This document shows positions 1 through 12,486 of a DNA stretch of 64,000 bases, in pieces (within the stretch, counting starts at the first letter, position 1; every line of letters begins with the position of its first letter). The notes under the pieces are model-generated. The model was not told where the DNA came from, ran no database searches, and saw only the letters and a list, made by a program, of their open reading frames with translations. The stretch covers positions 1 to 64,000 of the forward strand of contig NW_021833037.1 in assembly GCF_006345805.1 (NCBI RefSeq), read 5' to 3'. The position numbers and the translations under genes were made by a program. This stretch comes from Octopus sinensis (lineage: Eukaryota).

Positions 1-204
1 TCCTGTTTCCTCTTAACCATTGCTCAATTTTTTTCTAAGTCTTACTTTGCCCGTATTAATGCGTCGTTTCTTTTGCTCCACCATTTTCTGTTCTCCTCAG
101 CTAGTAGCGCATAGCTCGAAGATTCCTTGTTTGTTTTATGTCATCTATCTGGACGAATGGTATGACAGTATTTATATTTTGGGGTACTTTAATTATCATT
201 CTCC

Positions 205-440
205 TAACTTATTATTATTATTATAATTATTATTATTATTATTATTATTTTCATTTTTATTAGCATATTCTTTCACTTCTGTTTCCATTTCTTGCCGAGT
301 GTCTTCCTGACACATGGGGCAGTGAAACGTATTGTTTACATTGGTAGGCCATAAAAACAAACACACCAGATTATTCATTTACAGAGTCAAGTGATAGAGA
401 AAAAGAGGAAGACATTATTTTTGTTGTTATTGTTGTTGTG
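205..440 (-). mobile_element. 3' tail fragment of an R4/Dong-like LINE next to a (TAA)n tract
   Basis: Reverse complement of GGAAGACACTCGGCAAGAAATGGAA is shared with the LINE 3' UTR at about 48990-49020. (TTA)n lies at the 3' side. Confidence 0.55.
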
Positions 441-543
441 TCTTTACCCAATATTTTTCATTTATTTATTATTTTTCATTAATCCAAAATAAAACGAAAA
501 CGAAAAGAAGGAAAAACTTCATTTGTCCATTTTCTCCTTTCAG

Positions 544-774
544 GAAAATGTCCGTTGGATATAGTTGACAGTGCTTATCTCCCTAGTCGCAATGACGTCG
601 GTGGATTGCATGGTCTTAATTATACGACATGTTTGTACAGCTGTGAAACAAAACCAAATTGTCAGTCGTTTGACTACCAAATATATACAAAAAAATGCTT
701 TTTGTCAAGTAAAACTCATTCTGATCACTTTTTGAAGTTTGGGACAAATGGTGTTTACACTGAATTAAACAAAA
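544..774 (+). CDS. Internal coding exon of PAN/apple-domain gene copy A (middle PAN module)
   Basis: Polypyrimidine tract plus CAG acceptor at 541-543 and GTAAGT donor at 775. The 231 bp phase 1-1 exon encodes KCPLDIV...CLYSCETKPNCQSFDY...KCFLSS...YTELNK, matching the PAN pattern C-x3-C-x5-C-x-S-F...C-x-L. Paralogous exon at 25436-25663. Confidence 0.85.
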
Positions 775-969
775 GTAAGTGCAAAGTTGCTTTATATTTT
801 ATCGGACTTTTAGTCACAGTATATTTGGACGATACTGAGGCCCCACCTTTAGCTTATTATGTTATTCCAATAATTTCTTTGGCCTTAAAGGATGTGAGTA
901 AACTGATGGACTAATTAAATACCAAACTATTGATCACTCATACACACACACACACCACACACACACACA

Positions 970-1025
<56 letters not shown>

Positions 1026-1089
1026 TTGTTTGTACTCCACCTGCCTTCGTCTTTTGTTTATTTTGGTAAACTTTCCCGTTATATATATA

Positions 1090-1840
1090 TATATCGGAGT
1101 AAATACGCTGAGCAGTGTTTACGTATAGTCACAATTAGGTTAGTTGAAATATGTTTGTCATATATTTCAACTGCTAAAGACAAATACACCGTGGAGAAAT
1201 AAATGTGAACGGATCGAATAAATGTAAACTTTTTTTGGCTAAAAAAAAATTGCAGATTATGTTCAAATCCAAGATCCCTAACTCTCTATTGAACCCCAGG
1301 TCAGAAATTTCAGTGGTTGCATGCATATGTATAAATATTTCTCGAAGAACTGGAAACTTCCACCTATTTCTGACTGGCTTGTTATCTTTTTCAGCCGTAT
1401 CTTTCAAGGTGTCAGGAGCATAGCTCTTTTACCTTTTTTACATTATATTTTTGACAGTTTAGTTTCTATTTTCGTTTTCCGTTGTTTACTGTCTGCGTTT
1501 TTATATGGTGCCTTCTCAGTTTTTTCGCGTTTCTACTATTATTCAATTTCTTTCGTTCGTTATAATATTTGGTTTGCGCCTGAAGAATATGTTTGAGTGT
1601 TCTCAACATATGAAACTATTAGTAGCGCTTTAATAATGTATTGTGACCTTTAAAGGAATAATATTTATCTTTCACTATACGGATCAGCACATTATATATA
1701 AAAGTTCAATTAAAGGTTAAACTTCATTAACGGATAATAAAATCCAATAAATATAAAGGTTTATTGCCTATTGGAAAAAGTATTGGATATTGCATTTAAT
1801 ATTCAACTGTAAGATGAACCGAAATTTTTATATATTTAAG
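1090..1840 (+). mobile_element. Penelope-like element 3' remnant (GIY-YIG C-terminus plus pLTR)
   Basis: KCKLFLAKKKLQI...LLNPRSEI resembles the PLE GIY-YIG end motif (CxLCxxEK...LLNxRSE). Followed by a hammerhead motif. Confidence 0.55.
1576..1628 (+). ncRNA. Type I hammerhead ribozyme (minimal, PLE-type)
   Basis: Stem I GCGC/GCGC, core CTGAAGA, stem II ATATGTT(T)GAG/CTCAACATAT, GAAA, stem III ACTA-T-TAGT. Cleavage triplet GTA ends at 1624. Confidence 0.75.
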
Positions 1841-2190
1841 AAAATAAGAAAATAGAGATAAATAGAATAATAATTATTTATTAATTACAAAATTGGATAT
1901 CGTCTCTGACACTGTTTCGATTCAAGACTTTAGAAATCAAGCAGTATAATTAAAAAGATTTTAAAGTTGAATCCCATCAGAGGTGGGGAAAGATATACCT
2001 TTACATTTTCATATTATTGTGTGTTGAGTGTAGGGAGCAAAACTTTCCGATGTGATTCAACTTTAGTATGTTTTTAATTATACTAATTAATTTCTAAAGT
2101 CTTGAATCAAAACAGCTGTCAGAAATGATGTCCAAATTTGTAATTAATAAATAATTATCATTTCATTTATCTCTGTTTTTTTATTTTCTG
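1838..2190. repeat. Inverted repeat of about 140 bp arms, each with a degenerate hammerhead (inverted pLTR-like)
   Basis: 1838-1980 is the reverse complement of about 2047-2190. Cores are CTGATGG...GAAACAGTGTC (-) and CCGATGT...AAAACAGCTGTC (+). Confidence 0.65.
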
Positions 2191-2196
2191 ATATAC

Positions 2197-2281
<85 letters not shown>

Positions 2282-2421
2282 TGGCAAATGAAAGACGGAA
2301 GATGGAATATACGAGAATTTATTATCAATAGCGACATTTGTTTCGACCGTGCTTTACCAGTGAGCTATCAGGTGTAAACCGTTCGCATTATTATCTAACA
2401 CACACACACACCACACACACA

Positions 2422-2464
<43 letters not shown>

Positions 2465-2468
2465 ATAT

Positions 2469-2499
<31 letters not shown>

Positions 2500-2502
<3 letters not shown>

Positions 2503-2960
2503 CTGGGTGCGGCATCTAAATTATGCAAATGAAAATAACAGTTCTTTAAAGTAAAGAATATTTCTCAACATAATGTGGCTGTCCTGGAAAGGACATCGTT
2601 TCCAGATGGCTATACGACACAATATCTGTGTCCTTATATTTTCGAACAGCGAGTCCAGCACTCCCATCCACCACAGGAAGATATAACGACACAAATATTG
2701 TGTCGTATAGCCATCTGGAAACCATGTTTCCTGAGGCTAACAACAGTAACAATTGTCCCTTCCAGGACAGCCACATTATGTTGGCAAATAGCCTTTACTG
2801 AAAATAACACTAACATCTCAGTTTAACATATTTACCAAAATTACATAAAAATATCTTAAAATACTAAAGAGTTAATTTATTCAATAAAATTGCCATTGGC
2901 TTCAACCACATCCTCCAGACGACTTTGGAATCTTCTGCAACTCTTCTGGGCGGGCTTCTT
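2500..2960 (-). mobile_element. Tc1/mariner 3' remnant, interrupted by a foldback MITE
   Basis: 2880-2950 on - encodes RRFQSRLEDVVEANGNFIE*, a typical Tc1/mariner C-terminus. Confidence 0.5.
2566..2783. mobile_element. Palindromic MITE / foldback element
   Basis: CAACATAATGTGGCTGTCCTGGAA(A)GGACA ... TGTCCCTTCCAGGACAGCCACATTATGTTG, plus an inner IR TTTCCAGATGGCTATACGACACAATAT / ATATTGTGTCGTATAGCCATCTGGAAA. Confidence 0.75.
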
Positions 2961-3560
2961 GCCCAAAATATAAACAACTATACAGCTGATCTGAGAGGAG
3001 GCAAGAGTTGGGGCAAGGTTTCCCATAACGTATCGGTAAGTTGACTTACGATCAATTTCGCACAGATTTCAAACACATGGCTGAGAAACTAGATGTCGTA
3101 GCAAACGCAAAGGACCACGGTAATAGGGCAGCCTGCTCGGTATTTTGGTCTACCACCGACCGACAAAATGCTAAGACTTGGCGGAAACAGGAAGAGTAGC
3201 TAAAAGCTGCTAAACGTATCAAACACTGCCTCCGTAGGGGATTCATAAAGTGGTCTGAACTAGAAGAAGAATTAAAAACATGAGGTTTAGACCAAAGAAG
3301 ATCGAGCTTTTCAGTATCCACTAAAATGGTTATGCACCGTTCAAGACTTATAGCAATGGACTGAGATATCAACGATTTTAAAGGGTAAACATCACGGTGT
3401 CCCATATTTATGAGGAGAAATAAAAATGTTCCCTGAATGAATGAGAAGATCAAATCCTTAAGTTTCATAGGTATGCCATCTGTGCAGGGAAACAAATTAA
3501 TTTTGAACTTTCACAGATAGTAAATATGGTCGAAGTCTCTTCGACATCTGATGTGCCCAG
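2960..3560 (+). mobile_element. pogo-like transposase fragment (Brinker-type DBD and CENP-B/HTH_Tnp_Tc5 region), decayed
   Basis: Translates to KLDVVANAKDHGNRAA...KTWRKQEE...KWSELEEELKT*GLDQRRSSFSVSTKMV. Near-identical inverted copy at 18757-19330. Confidence 0.75.
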
Positions 3561-3739
3561 GAGAAGTCTTGGGATGTTGTTACACCATTTATATCTTGAA
3601 TTCTTCGACATATATCGCGACGGATGTACTGCAAAATGTCCGGCAGGAAAAATTATGTTCATCAATGCATCGATCTCATCAGGAAGGATATATATAACAG
3701 TGCGTCCATCGAAATATATGTAGAAGAATTCTACATACA

Positions 3740-5472
3740 TACCTCAGTATGTATGGTCCTTGTTATAAGGTATACGGTAGTAGGTAATTTAAAGGTAAAA
3801 CGGTGGTTTAATATATATAAAGACGATAAGAAATGGAGCAATAAATAACAGTGATAAGTAAATCATTGGTGTTTTAAAGTCATTATTTAATTAAGATGAG
3901 AATATGCTTAGAGTTGTTTCAGTATATCAAGCTGGGGTAAATTTGCATTTACCTCATTGCAATTGATAGACATCATCATAACGATTATATGGCAAAGATG
4001 AATAGAAGGAAAATAGAAAGAAAATGTAAGGAAAGGAAAGGAAAAACTGGAAGAATGTTTGTTAGTTCAATAGTCTTAGATTTTAGGGAGGTCCTTAATT
4101 CAGTATACCAGTTGGAGGATAGAAGAGAAGAGAGTTAGTTAAATCCTTGGTCTTATAATTAATTAGTCTCATAATTCCAAATTCCACGTGTCCGTAGGTT
4201 CTAACATCTAATGCTAATTACTAGTTGACCGCCGGTGTAATCCGAGTGACTTATCGCTATTGGAGATATCCGTTGTAGTTATTTGGACCTACGTAACACT
4301 AATTTATAGCTTGTAAGTTAGTTCCTGTATTTTCAATGGAAGCCGTAGTATAAGGATAAAGTTATTATTTAAAATATGTACGATATAGTGTGTATAATGG
4401 GCTAAGTAAAGGAACAATAGAAAGGGTTGAAGAGTGCATAGAAAAACAAGATCGATGGGAAAATTATAGCATTAAAATGAATCGGTCGTCTAGTTATTAA
4501 ATGAAATTAAATTATAGGAAAATACCGTAGTATGTAAAATAAGTATACAGTTGAGTAATTAGTTTATAATGAGGAGTGGAGTTGAGTAGTGCTAATTGGT
4601 ACGTGGAACAGTTAAGGGGAGGTAATAAGAGGTTAAACAGGTTCGCTTATAACCTGTAAAATGAGGATTAGCGATATTTCGTGGATAAATAGGGTTTGGC
4701 GATATTCGTTGGAAGAGAGGCGTGAAATTATTTTGCTGTTGCTTTGTACTAGTCCTCTTTTAATAAAGTTGGGATGGTTACTCAATGCGTTTATATATTT
4801 AAGGTTTGTATTCGATTTTATGTAGGGTTCATGTTGTCCTGTGGTTAGGCTGCAATAAGCGTCTAAGTAGTTTATAGAAGTATGTTCCTTTTCTATAGTA
4901 ATAGTTAGGCCAAAATGTTTTCTTGGTGAGTTCTAATCTCCTATTTGAGATGTTTTTCAATATAAATAGTGCGTCATACCTGTAGAGACAACCCTTGATC
5001 TCCGAGAATTCTTCCTGTAAATTTGATAAGTAAATTCCTACTAAGTCAGTTATCTGTGATGAATCTGGTGCTCGCATAGTGATATCGAAGTTATTAGGCG
5101 TGTCCTTCCTTACCTATAGTTTGTTATCGAAATTCATTATGGATTCTCTCGCTTCTAAGATTACTTTAATTTCATTCATCGCTAGTTGATCCACTTTTCA
5201 CTGCAATTTATTAGTCCATTTCTTATCGTATATATATATATATACATATTTATATATATTAATAAGGATAATATCGATATTTAAATATCGATCTTATCAA
5301 GTAGCCATCATGGGAATAAATACCATACAAAGGTAATAATTATTTAAAACTATAAATTAAGGTACCTGAGAGATACCACCATGCTGAAATACCAGTCAAA
5401 ACCCTGGCCCTAAAACCACCTTAAATGTTCATATCGCGCCCATAGAGAAGACAGAGAGACAAAATAAACTAG

Positions 5473-5480
<8 letters not shown>
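3740..5480 (-). mobile_element. Decayed Penelope-like retroelement
   Basis: GCLYRYDALFILKNISNRRLE (degenerate RT YxDD region) at about 4990 and a CYVG-like GIY-YIG remnant at about 4290. Degenerate hammerhead at about 3910-3985. Confidence 0.6.
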
Positions 5481-5557
<77 letters not shown>

Positions 5558-6533
5558 ATTGTATGTATGTATGTATGTATGTATGTATGTATGTATGTAT
5601 GCATGTATGTATGTATGTATGTATGTATATGTATATGTATGTATATTATCGTATTATTAATTAAATTTCATGGATAGACTTTATAAATAATTAATGCAGC
5701 GCTACGCGAGTTTCCACAAATCACAGTTTTCTTGCGATCATAGTCCGTATTTCGTAGTATGATGGACGTCGGGTGGATCATAGTTCCTGCGTTCATTTCA
5801 TCATTTTTATTCCATTCCAGAACTTTGGAATGACTTCAGACAGTCACATACACTGGAGAAGATTAATTCCGTCGGTTGTGGTGTAAGAGTTCTCGACTCT
5901 TATTATTTCGTTGAAAGTAAGACCGTTTTTATTGAGGTTTTTTGTGTGTGTTCTTTGTTTCTGTTTCTTGTTCATCATCTTTAATTCATTGATCTTCTCT
6001 CTCCTGTTCTTGTCGGCAAATTATTAAATTAATAAATATCTCTTTCTTCCTCATTGCATCATTACTGCTACCTAGAGTTTTAATACTTAGTTAAATAGAT
6101 TAGCAGTGAATTAATAATTAATACCCTTGCAAATGATCCACAGGTACATTTAAAATCTGCTAGATGGATTAATATTAATTATTAATTTGCCCAGAAATCC
6201 CCCAATACAACTCGCTGATAATACGAGAATCTCTCTACGTCCGAGATCATCAGCTACATACCCCTTCTCATTCTCCCGCCATACGTGCTATTTCACCAGC
6301 CAGATTCTTCATCAATTATTATTCCGATACTTCCTTTCTAGATTAGGTAACATTCAGGAATTCACTCCCTACTCACGCTAACTTAAAGATGCCCAAACGG
6401 AACATCAATAAAATCGATCTATCGAATCATTAGACCATATCTATTCGTTTCCCTTGTGCCTTGTCACTGAAGAGAAATAATTTCATTTATGTTCTTGTAT
6501 TTCTTGTGATTTCGCTTTCATTTTTTATTGCAG

Positions 6534-6724
6534 AAAAAGTAATTAATGATTCGACTGCTTATTCAACTTTTTCCTTCAAACAAAATCCATATCACAACCT
6601 TGTAACCGAGGCCCAGGTGGATGCTCACTCGGTTCTGGATTGTTCACGTTTATGTATGGTATCTTCTACATGTACCGCCTTTTCATATACTAACACTAAG
6701 TGCGTGCTAAAGAAACTGGTCTGA
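6534..6724 (+). CDS. Terminal coding exon of PAN/apple gene copy A (short PAN-like module, stop TGA)
   Basis: TTTTTTATTGCAG acceptor ending at 6533. Phase 1 joins in frame to exon 544-774. Encodes ...SVLDCSRLCMVSSTCTAFSYTNTKCVLKKLV*. Same 191 bp length in copies B and C. Confidence 0.8.
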
Positions 6725-9366
6725 ACTTTAATGGAATTCACCCCAAAATTATTTACTTCTCCATGAAATGTGAGCAAGACTCCAACGGATCACGTTTGCT
6801 AATAATAATTCTATCAGATAAAATGCGTGTTTCATTGTGAATAAACTCAATTTAATTCAGTTAATTCTTTTGTTAATTTATATTTATTCCTAACGTTTTT
6901 CGTTCTAAATTAGTCTTCTCTTATAAATCCATTCGCACATTTGAAGGTTTATAAGATTATTAAATTTACTTGAGTACCAATGAAGCAATTGGGTGTTATT
7001 TCATCGACCTTCAAAGAATGAAACACTAAGTTAACCTGGACAGCATTTTGTTTCAAAACGTAACGGGTCTTAACTAAATTCTAGAAGCAGTTAAATCGAA
7101 TCTTTAACACTTCTTACCCATCATCTAAATAATATATGAGATAAAATAATTGCATTTGATTGATTTCTCTTAAAAAGTGAAATCATTTGTTATTCAAACT
7201 AAAAAAAAAGAAAGAAAACAAATTAAAGAAAAATAACATGGAAAACTTTTCTGAAGAATATGGTAAATAGTCTACGGGAATTATTGTACGGCCATTGCAA
7301 TGTAAGTAAGCACCGAAAACCTTAGGTAATATGATTGTTAATTTGAGTTTTACCTCTGGTCTCTCAGAAACTATTTAAGTTGGCAAGTCTAAATTAATTT
7401 TATCAAGGATTACAAAGTGAAATTAAAATAAAAAATTTATGTTCTTCTCTATGGATGAAATTTTGCTTCAGCAACTTACTTGCAGCTTATTAGCAGAGTG
7501 AAATACAGTTAAAACGAAAATAAGAAATCAGTCATACGAAAAACGAAATTTAATAGACATTCGAACAATTTCTTTCAGGTTATCGAAAGGTTGAAATAGT
7601 TTTCGGTGTGAAAAACATAAATTGAAATATTGACCATAAATGTCGTAAAAATGTTCCTTTTGTTTTCATTGGTTAAGTTTTAGATTAATATTGGATTCTT
7701 TGTTTATAGTTTGGTGAAGAGGGGAGATGGGAGTGGGATCGACGTGATGTTTTCAAGCCTTTGTGGATTGGTGAGATCGATACGGTTAATATTTCGTTTG
7801 AATATTTGTATAAAGAAAATGTGATCAGAGATCGAATTTCAGACGATTAATGTTCTGGAGCAGTGGTGATCCAATTGTTTTGTGGTGGCCCAGGTAGATT
7901 TAGTTTTAAAAAACTTTAAGCACAGGCAGAGAATTTGTATTAAAAAAATTTGAATTTTAATTGAATAAATCAAATTTATTTACAGTCAACTTCTGAATGT
8001 GATTGGAATGTCAAATAAATAAAAAGTTAGCAGTATCTGTTATACGTTATGAAAATACAAACTACTCGAAAGCAATTCTCTTTTCGGTGTTGTGTCGAAA
8101 AACGAAAGCGGATGTCTTCAAGATTCAGGTTTTCGATACATCATCTATTCATAATAACTGGGCATACATTGTCTGGTTTATTGTTTACTGTGGAATCCTT
8201 CAGATAAGACTTGATCATCCACACCTTGAGAAAGTATTCATTCATAGCCTGCCGTGTGCTTACAGGCAGTGTTACATCTTCTTGCAGCAGTTCGATTAGT
8301 TCAAACGAGGAATCCATAGAGAGATTCAAAATCTCAAGTAAATCGGTTAATGAGATCAAAATGTGTCACTTCCACCCGATGAGTCGCTTTGCATAGTGGC
8401 ATTCTGATATCAGGGTATCCAAGTTCAGTTGAAATGTATCTGCTATGAAGTTGAGACAAACCATATTCAGAAACTGGGGAATTTAGGGAGTAAGATAAGA
8501 GAGGTTTATCATGACCCCTTGTGGGCAATAAAGAAATAAGATAAGAGGTTTATCATGATATCACCATTTTATGCCGAACATCGGTGTCGGAACTCTAAGC
8601 AAACCTGGTTCAATATAGGAATTGTGGTTTGAATTTTCAGCCGGCTTCCAACACTCTCACACTAGCCGCTGAGGCCTCCAAATGCTGTTAAGATTGCCTT
8701 GCAGATTAGGTTTCTCTCGAGTCAGCTGGTTGAGCATAATATCTTCACTATCTGTTACTTAATCGGAGGCTACAAAACTTTCGTTTCGTTTGACATGAAG
8801 ATGTTTAACTGGATACCATTTCTGTTGCTGTAGTCACAGCAGTGAAAATTTGTAATATTTTTGCTAAAGACTTGATTTGTATTAAAACCTGTTTAGCGAA
8901 GACGAGAGCGCAAACTTTCATAGACAAACGTTACAGAAACATTCCTCTTTAATTTGCCTCTCCCATGACTTGATAACCTCACTGAAATGAGGGAGAATGT
9001 CAATAAATGAAAGCTCATAATGAACAGCATAGCACGGTACCCGCTGACTGGCCCATCGTGTATAGGAGAAGATTTTCTTCTCTGCTGGTTATCCTCGTTT
9101 TTCTTCCTGTAAGTACTTGTTTTTACTGATGCACTCTGAATCGATCCATAAACAGGTTAAGTTGCTGCTGTATGACGAAAAATTCCCCGATAGCCTTTAC
9201 ATTTTTGTTAAGAAGTTATCTACATCTAGGTTCTGTTGGTGGAAGCTGACACAAGTTGCAAATGGGGCTGCGACATGCAATTTCGCATGAACACCAGCGA
9301 TTCCTCCGCTCATGACCGAGGAACCATCATAATATTAGGGGACACAATTATTTGTCAACACCAATA

Positions 9367-10480
9367 CGAAAGAGTAACCAAAAGTAACCGGAAACTTTCT
9401 CTGCGGAACAAGCCCGTTGTAGTTTAAGCTTCCGCCGCTAGAATCCACTTGATGCATCCCTCAGGTGTCAGTCTCCCGACTGACGTCGAAGTCAGGACTC
9501 GTCACGTGGTGCGTCTTTGTTTTGCATTGCTTCTCCCTTGTTCGTAGATTATTGCGATGGTTGAAACGAAGGGACAGCATGCTTCCGCAAAATTCTGTTT
9601 TTTTTTCTTTCTGGGAAAACGGCGGCGGAAACAGTTGTGATGCTTCAAACAGCTTACAAGGATTCTACCATGAGCAAAACTAGTGGTTTTCACGTTTTAG
9701 TAATGGTCACTTTCCGCTTGAAGACCAATATCATTCAGGGAAACCGTCGACCTCCAGAACGAATGAAAACATCACGAAAATTCACAAACTGGTCTTGGAG
9801 GACAGTCGCCGAACAATTGATGAACTTGTTAATATGACTGGTGTTTCTTGGAGCTCTTTCCAATGAATTTTGAGCGAGAAATTGCGAATGAAAAGAGTTG
9901 CAGCAAAACTTGTGTTTCACTTGCTCACGGAAAATTAAAAGCAGTCACGACTAAATACGTGTCGCGAAGTGAAAGAACAGTTGGAAATGGATCCGGACCC
10001 TTTTTTTGAAGTGACGAAAGTTAGTGCTACGGCTACAACCCGGAAACGATAGGGCGATCAAGTCAATGGAAGCATTTCTGAAGCGTTTGCGAGGCACGAC
10101 GAGACGAAATCGTTCCGACCCGTGGCAGAAGTGGGGTGGGGTGGTTTCATCACGACAAAGAAATTTCGGACACCGCCTTCAGTGTGAGACAGTTTTTGAC
10201 CAAAAATGGCATGACCTCGTTTACCCACCCTCCCTGTTGCCCCGGTCTTGCTCCCTGCAATATTTTTTTGTTCTCCCGAATGAGAAAAGTCCTTAAAGGA
10301 AAATATTTTGCAGATGTGAAAGAGGTGAAAAAAAAAGCGACGGAGACGATCATTTCGCAAGAGTTCCAAGACCGCTTCGAAGACTGGAAAACGCGTCTGG
10401 ACCGATGCATTACATCAAATGGACAATACTTGGAAGGCGATGAAAGTGTGAACATGGAAAACTAAGTGAATGAAGTAATA
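9367..10480 (+). mobile_element. Mariner transposon (decayed), inserted at TA in the hAT
   Basis: TA-CGAAAGAGTAACCAAAAGTAACCGG terminus. WFHHD...HPPCCPGLAPCNIFLF (HPPYSPDLAP-like) and WKTRLDRCITSNGQYLE motifs. Confidence 0.85.
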
Positions 10481-10584
10481 CTGCAAACCCTGTGTTCAGC
10501 ACCGAAGACATACGCTGCTGAAAGTGAATCAATGTTATATTCAGAAACTATTCAACATCCAATTATTTCCGCTTAAATAATTAT

Positions 10585-10975
10585 TCTTACTCTCGGCACA
10601 GGGCCTTGGAAATCTTTGTAGAAGGTGGCCAGTCGGTTACATTGACCCCAGTGCATAACTGCTACTTATTTCATCGACCCTGAAAAGGCTAAGTCGACCT
10701 CGGCGGAATTTGAACTCAGAACGTAGCGGTAGACGAAATACCTATTTCTTTACTACCCACAAGGGGCTACACACAGAGGGGACAAACAAGGACAGACAAA
10801 CGGATTAAGTCGAGTATATCGACCCCAATGCGTAACTGGTACTTATTTAATCGACCCCAAAAGGATGAAAGGCAAAGTCAACCTCGGCGGAATTTGAACT
10901 CAGAACGTAACGGCAGACGAAATACCGCTATGCATTTGGCCCAGCGTGCTAACATTTCTGCCAGCTCACCGCCTT
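10585..10975 (-). mobile_element. Two tandem tRNA-derived SINEs (GGCGGCGAGCTGGCAGAA family)
   Basis: Reverse complement of GGCGGTGAGCTGGCAGAA...GTTCTGAGTTCAAATTCCGCCGAGG (A and B boxes). The body is repeated twice. Confidence 0.8.
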
Positions 10976-12486
10976 TAATTCCTCATAAATAATATTGTCA
11001 AGTACGCGGTGCAGAACGTCTCAGAGCGGTTCAGTTTTCGAAATGACCTTTGTTTCATTGAAACTTAATGTAAAGTTTAAGACTTAGTCAAGTCTTAAGC
11101 AAGTAATTCTTTGATTACTGATGCCATGATTTAAAGAATAATCATTGCGAGTACAATGATATAAGTATTTTGCTTTTCGTGGTCCCATTATTGTCCCCTT
11201 CTTGACAAATGACAGTGAATAGCATCACAAGTTTCTTTCCCAAAAGTTTGATATTCCCTCCATACACAACCGGCTGAGATATAGATTTGGTACATTTTAC
11301 CCCAATGCATACTTCCGCTCGAGAAAACTTGTTTTAATGAGTGCTTGCTATTGCTATTTTGGGCTTTTTCCTAGAAAATGTGGACAACAAAAGCAATATA
11401 CTCTATTTTCGTGTATGCTGTACTCATTGATGTAATTTAAAAAGACCTGGATTGGAACTGCGGCAACTTGGGTCAAACAATGTTTTTTTGCGATTTTTAT
11501 TTCTGATTTAGTTAAGATTTATTGCCTTGGTTGTTAACGTTTTCAAAATGACGCTGTTGAATCTGTCGAACATCGACTGCTGCTCTGAAAGGTGCCTTTT
11601 CGAATGAAATGTTTTCTCCTCCCTAACCACAGTCCGGCCTGTACTGCGGTGTCTATCACAGCACGATCATCCTTGTCTCATCTGCTGAATTAAAATCCTG
11701 TGATTTCTTTCTCGCTGCTTTCGTGAATTCCCAAGACACTCTGTCCCTATCAAATTCCATTCTTATAAATTTTAATTGGGACCTTGAATCATAGTGATTC
11801 TTTCATTACTTGATTACTCAACCATGGACGCCACCCCAATGAATGCGTTGGAGTTTCTATCTTGATAGAGCTAAGTGATCCTGACAATTGATCTTCTATG
11901 ATTCTTCTGTTCAGCATCGATGTAAGAAGCACCGTTGTCTATGACTTCACCGTATTTCTGGCAGTCGTAAATATGCAGGGCTCGGTCGTCACTCCGTTAG
12001 GTATTTCCAAAATACATGCATACCCCAGTGAGTCTATAATTGTATCATAACGTTCAAATACTTCAGGAGCTGACACGTTGTGGCCCTTTGGTTCTGGAGA
12101 ATATTCAACATCTTCAGTTATTGCAACAAGATTTCTTTTTATGAATTGTCGTATATCCATTATATATTGGATCTACTGTGTGTGAATATCTTTGTTATTA
12201 AAAATAATGACCAAGAAGTTTACCATCTCAGTACGTTCAAATATTAATATCTCTAACGTTGTTGTATCAATACTAAAAATACACCAGCAGTATTATCTCA
12301 TTATCTTTCTTAATTAAACAAATTATTATTTTTATTTTCCCTTCTCAAAAACGTTTAATGTTATTCAGTCTAAAACTGTTGCTACATTTTGTTTATTGTG
12401 AGGATTATTCCGTGGAAAGTTGCGAATTCTGTACATTTAATGTTCCGTCCATACGTGGGAAAACTGCGACTCGAAACAAGAAAAAA

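Larger units (their letters stand above)
5650..11160 (+). repeat. Segmental duplication unit, copy A
   Basis: Inverted homology to 12487-17590 (up to about 9310) and to about 58530-63740. Includes intron, terminal exon, 3' flank and hAT/mariner. Confidence 0.85.
7861..12300 (-). mobile_element. Decayed hAT (ZMYM1-like) transposon interrupted by mariner and SINEs
   Basis: TTF-type zinc finger EYSIHENRVYCFCCPHF at about 11370-11425. hATC-like LLQEDVTLPVST...IKSYLK at about 8200-8290. Terminal CAGTGG at 7861. The left-hand (5') boundary near 12300 is approximate. Confidence 0.7.

Noticed and set aside
775-914. Apparent transmembrane tail of ORF 555-914 (and of 25338-25652)
   Set aside because: It lies after a canonical GTAAGT donor, and the two copies go out of frame relative to each other, so it is treated as intron. 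Intron retention is not formally excluded.
3052-3495. 147 aa ORF duplicated at 18957-19316
   Set aside because: Antisense frame of the decayed pogo transposase.
6461-6533. Hydrophobic 'signal peptide' at the start of ORFs 6461, 16688 and 62576
   Set aside because: Non-ATG starts. The stretch is the intron polypyrimidine tract ending at a conserved AG, and it has indels between copies.
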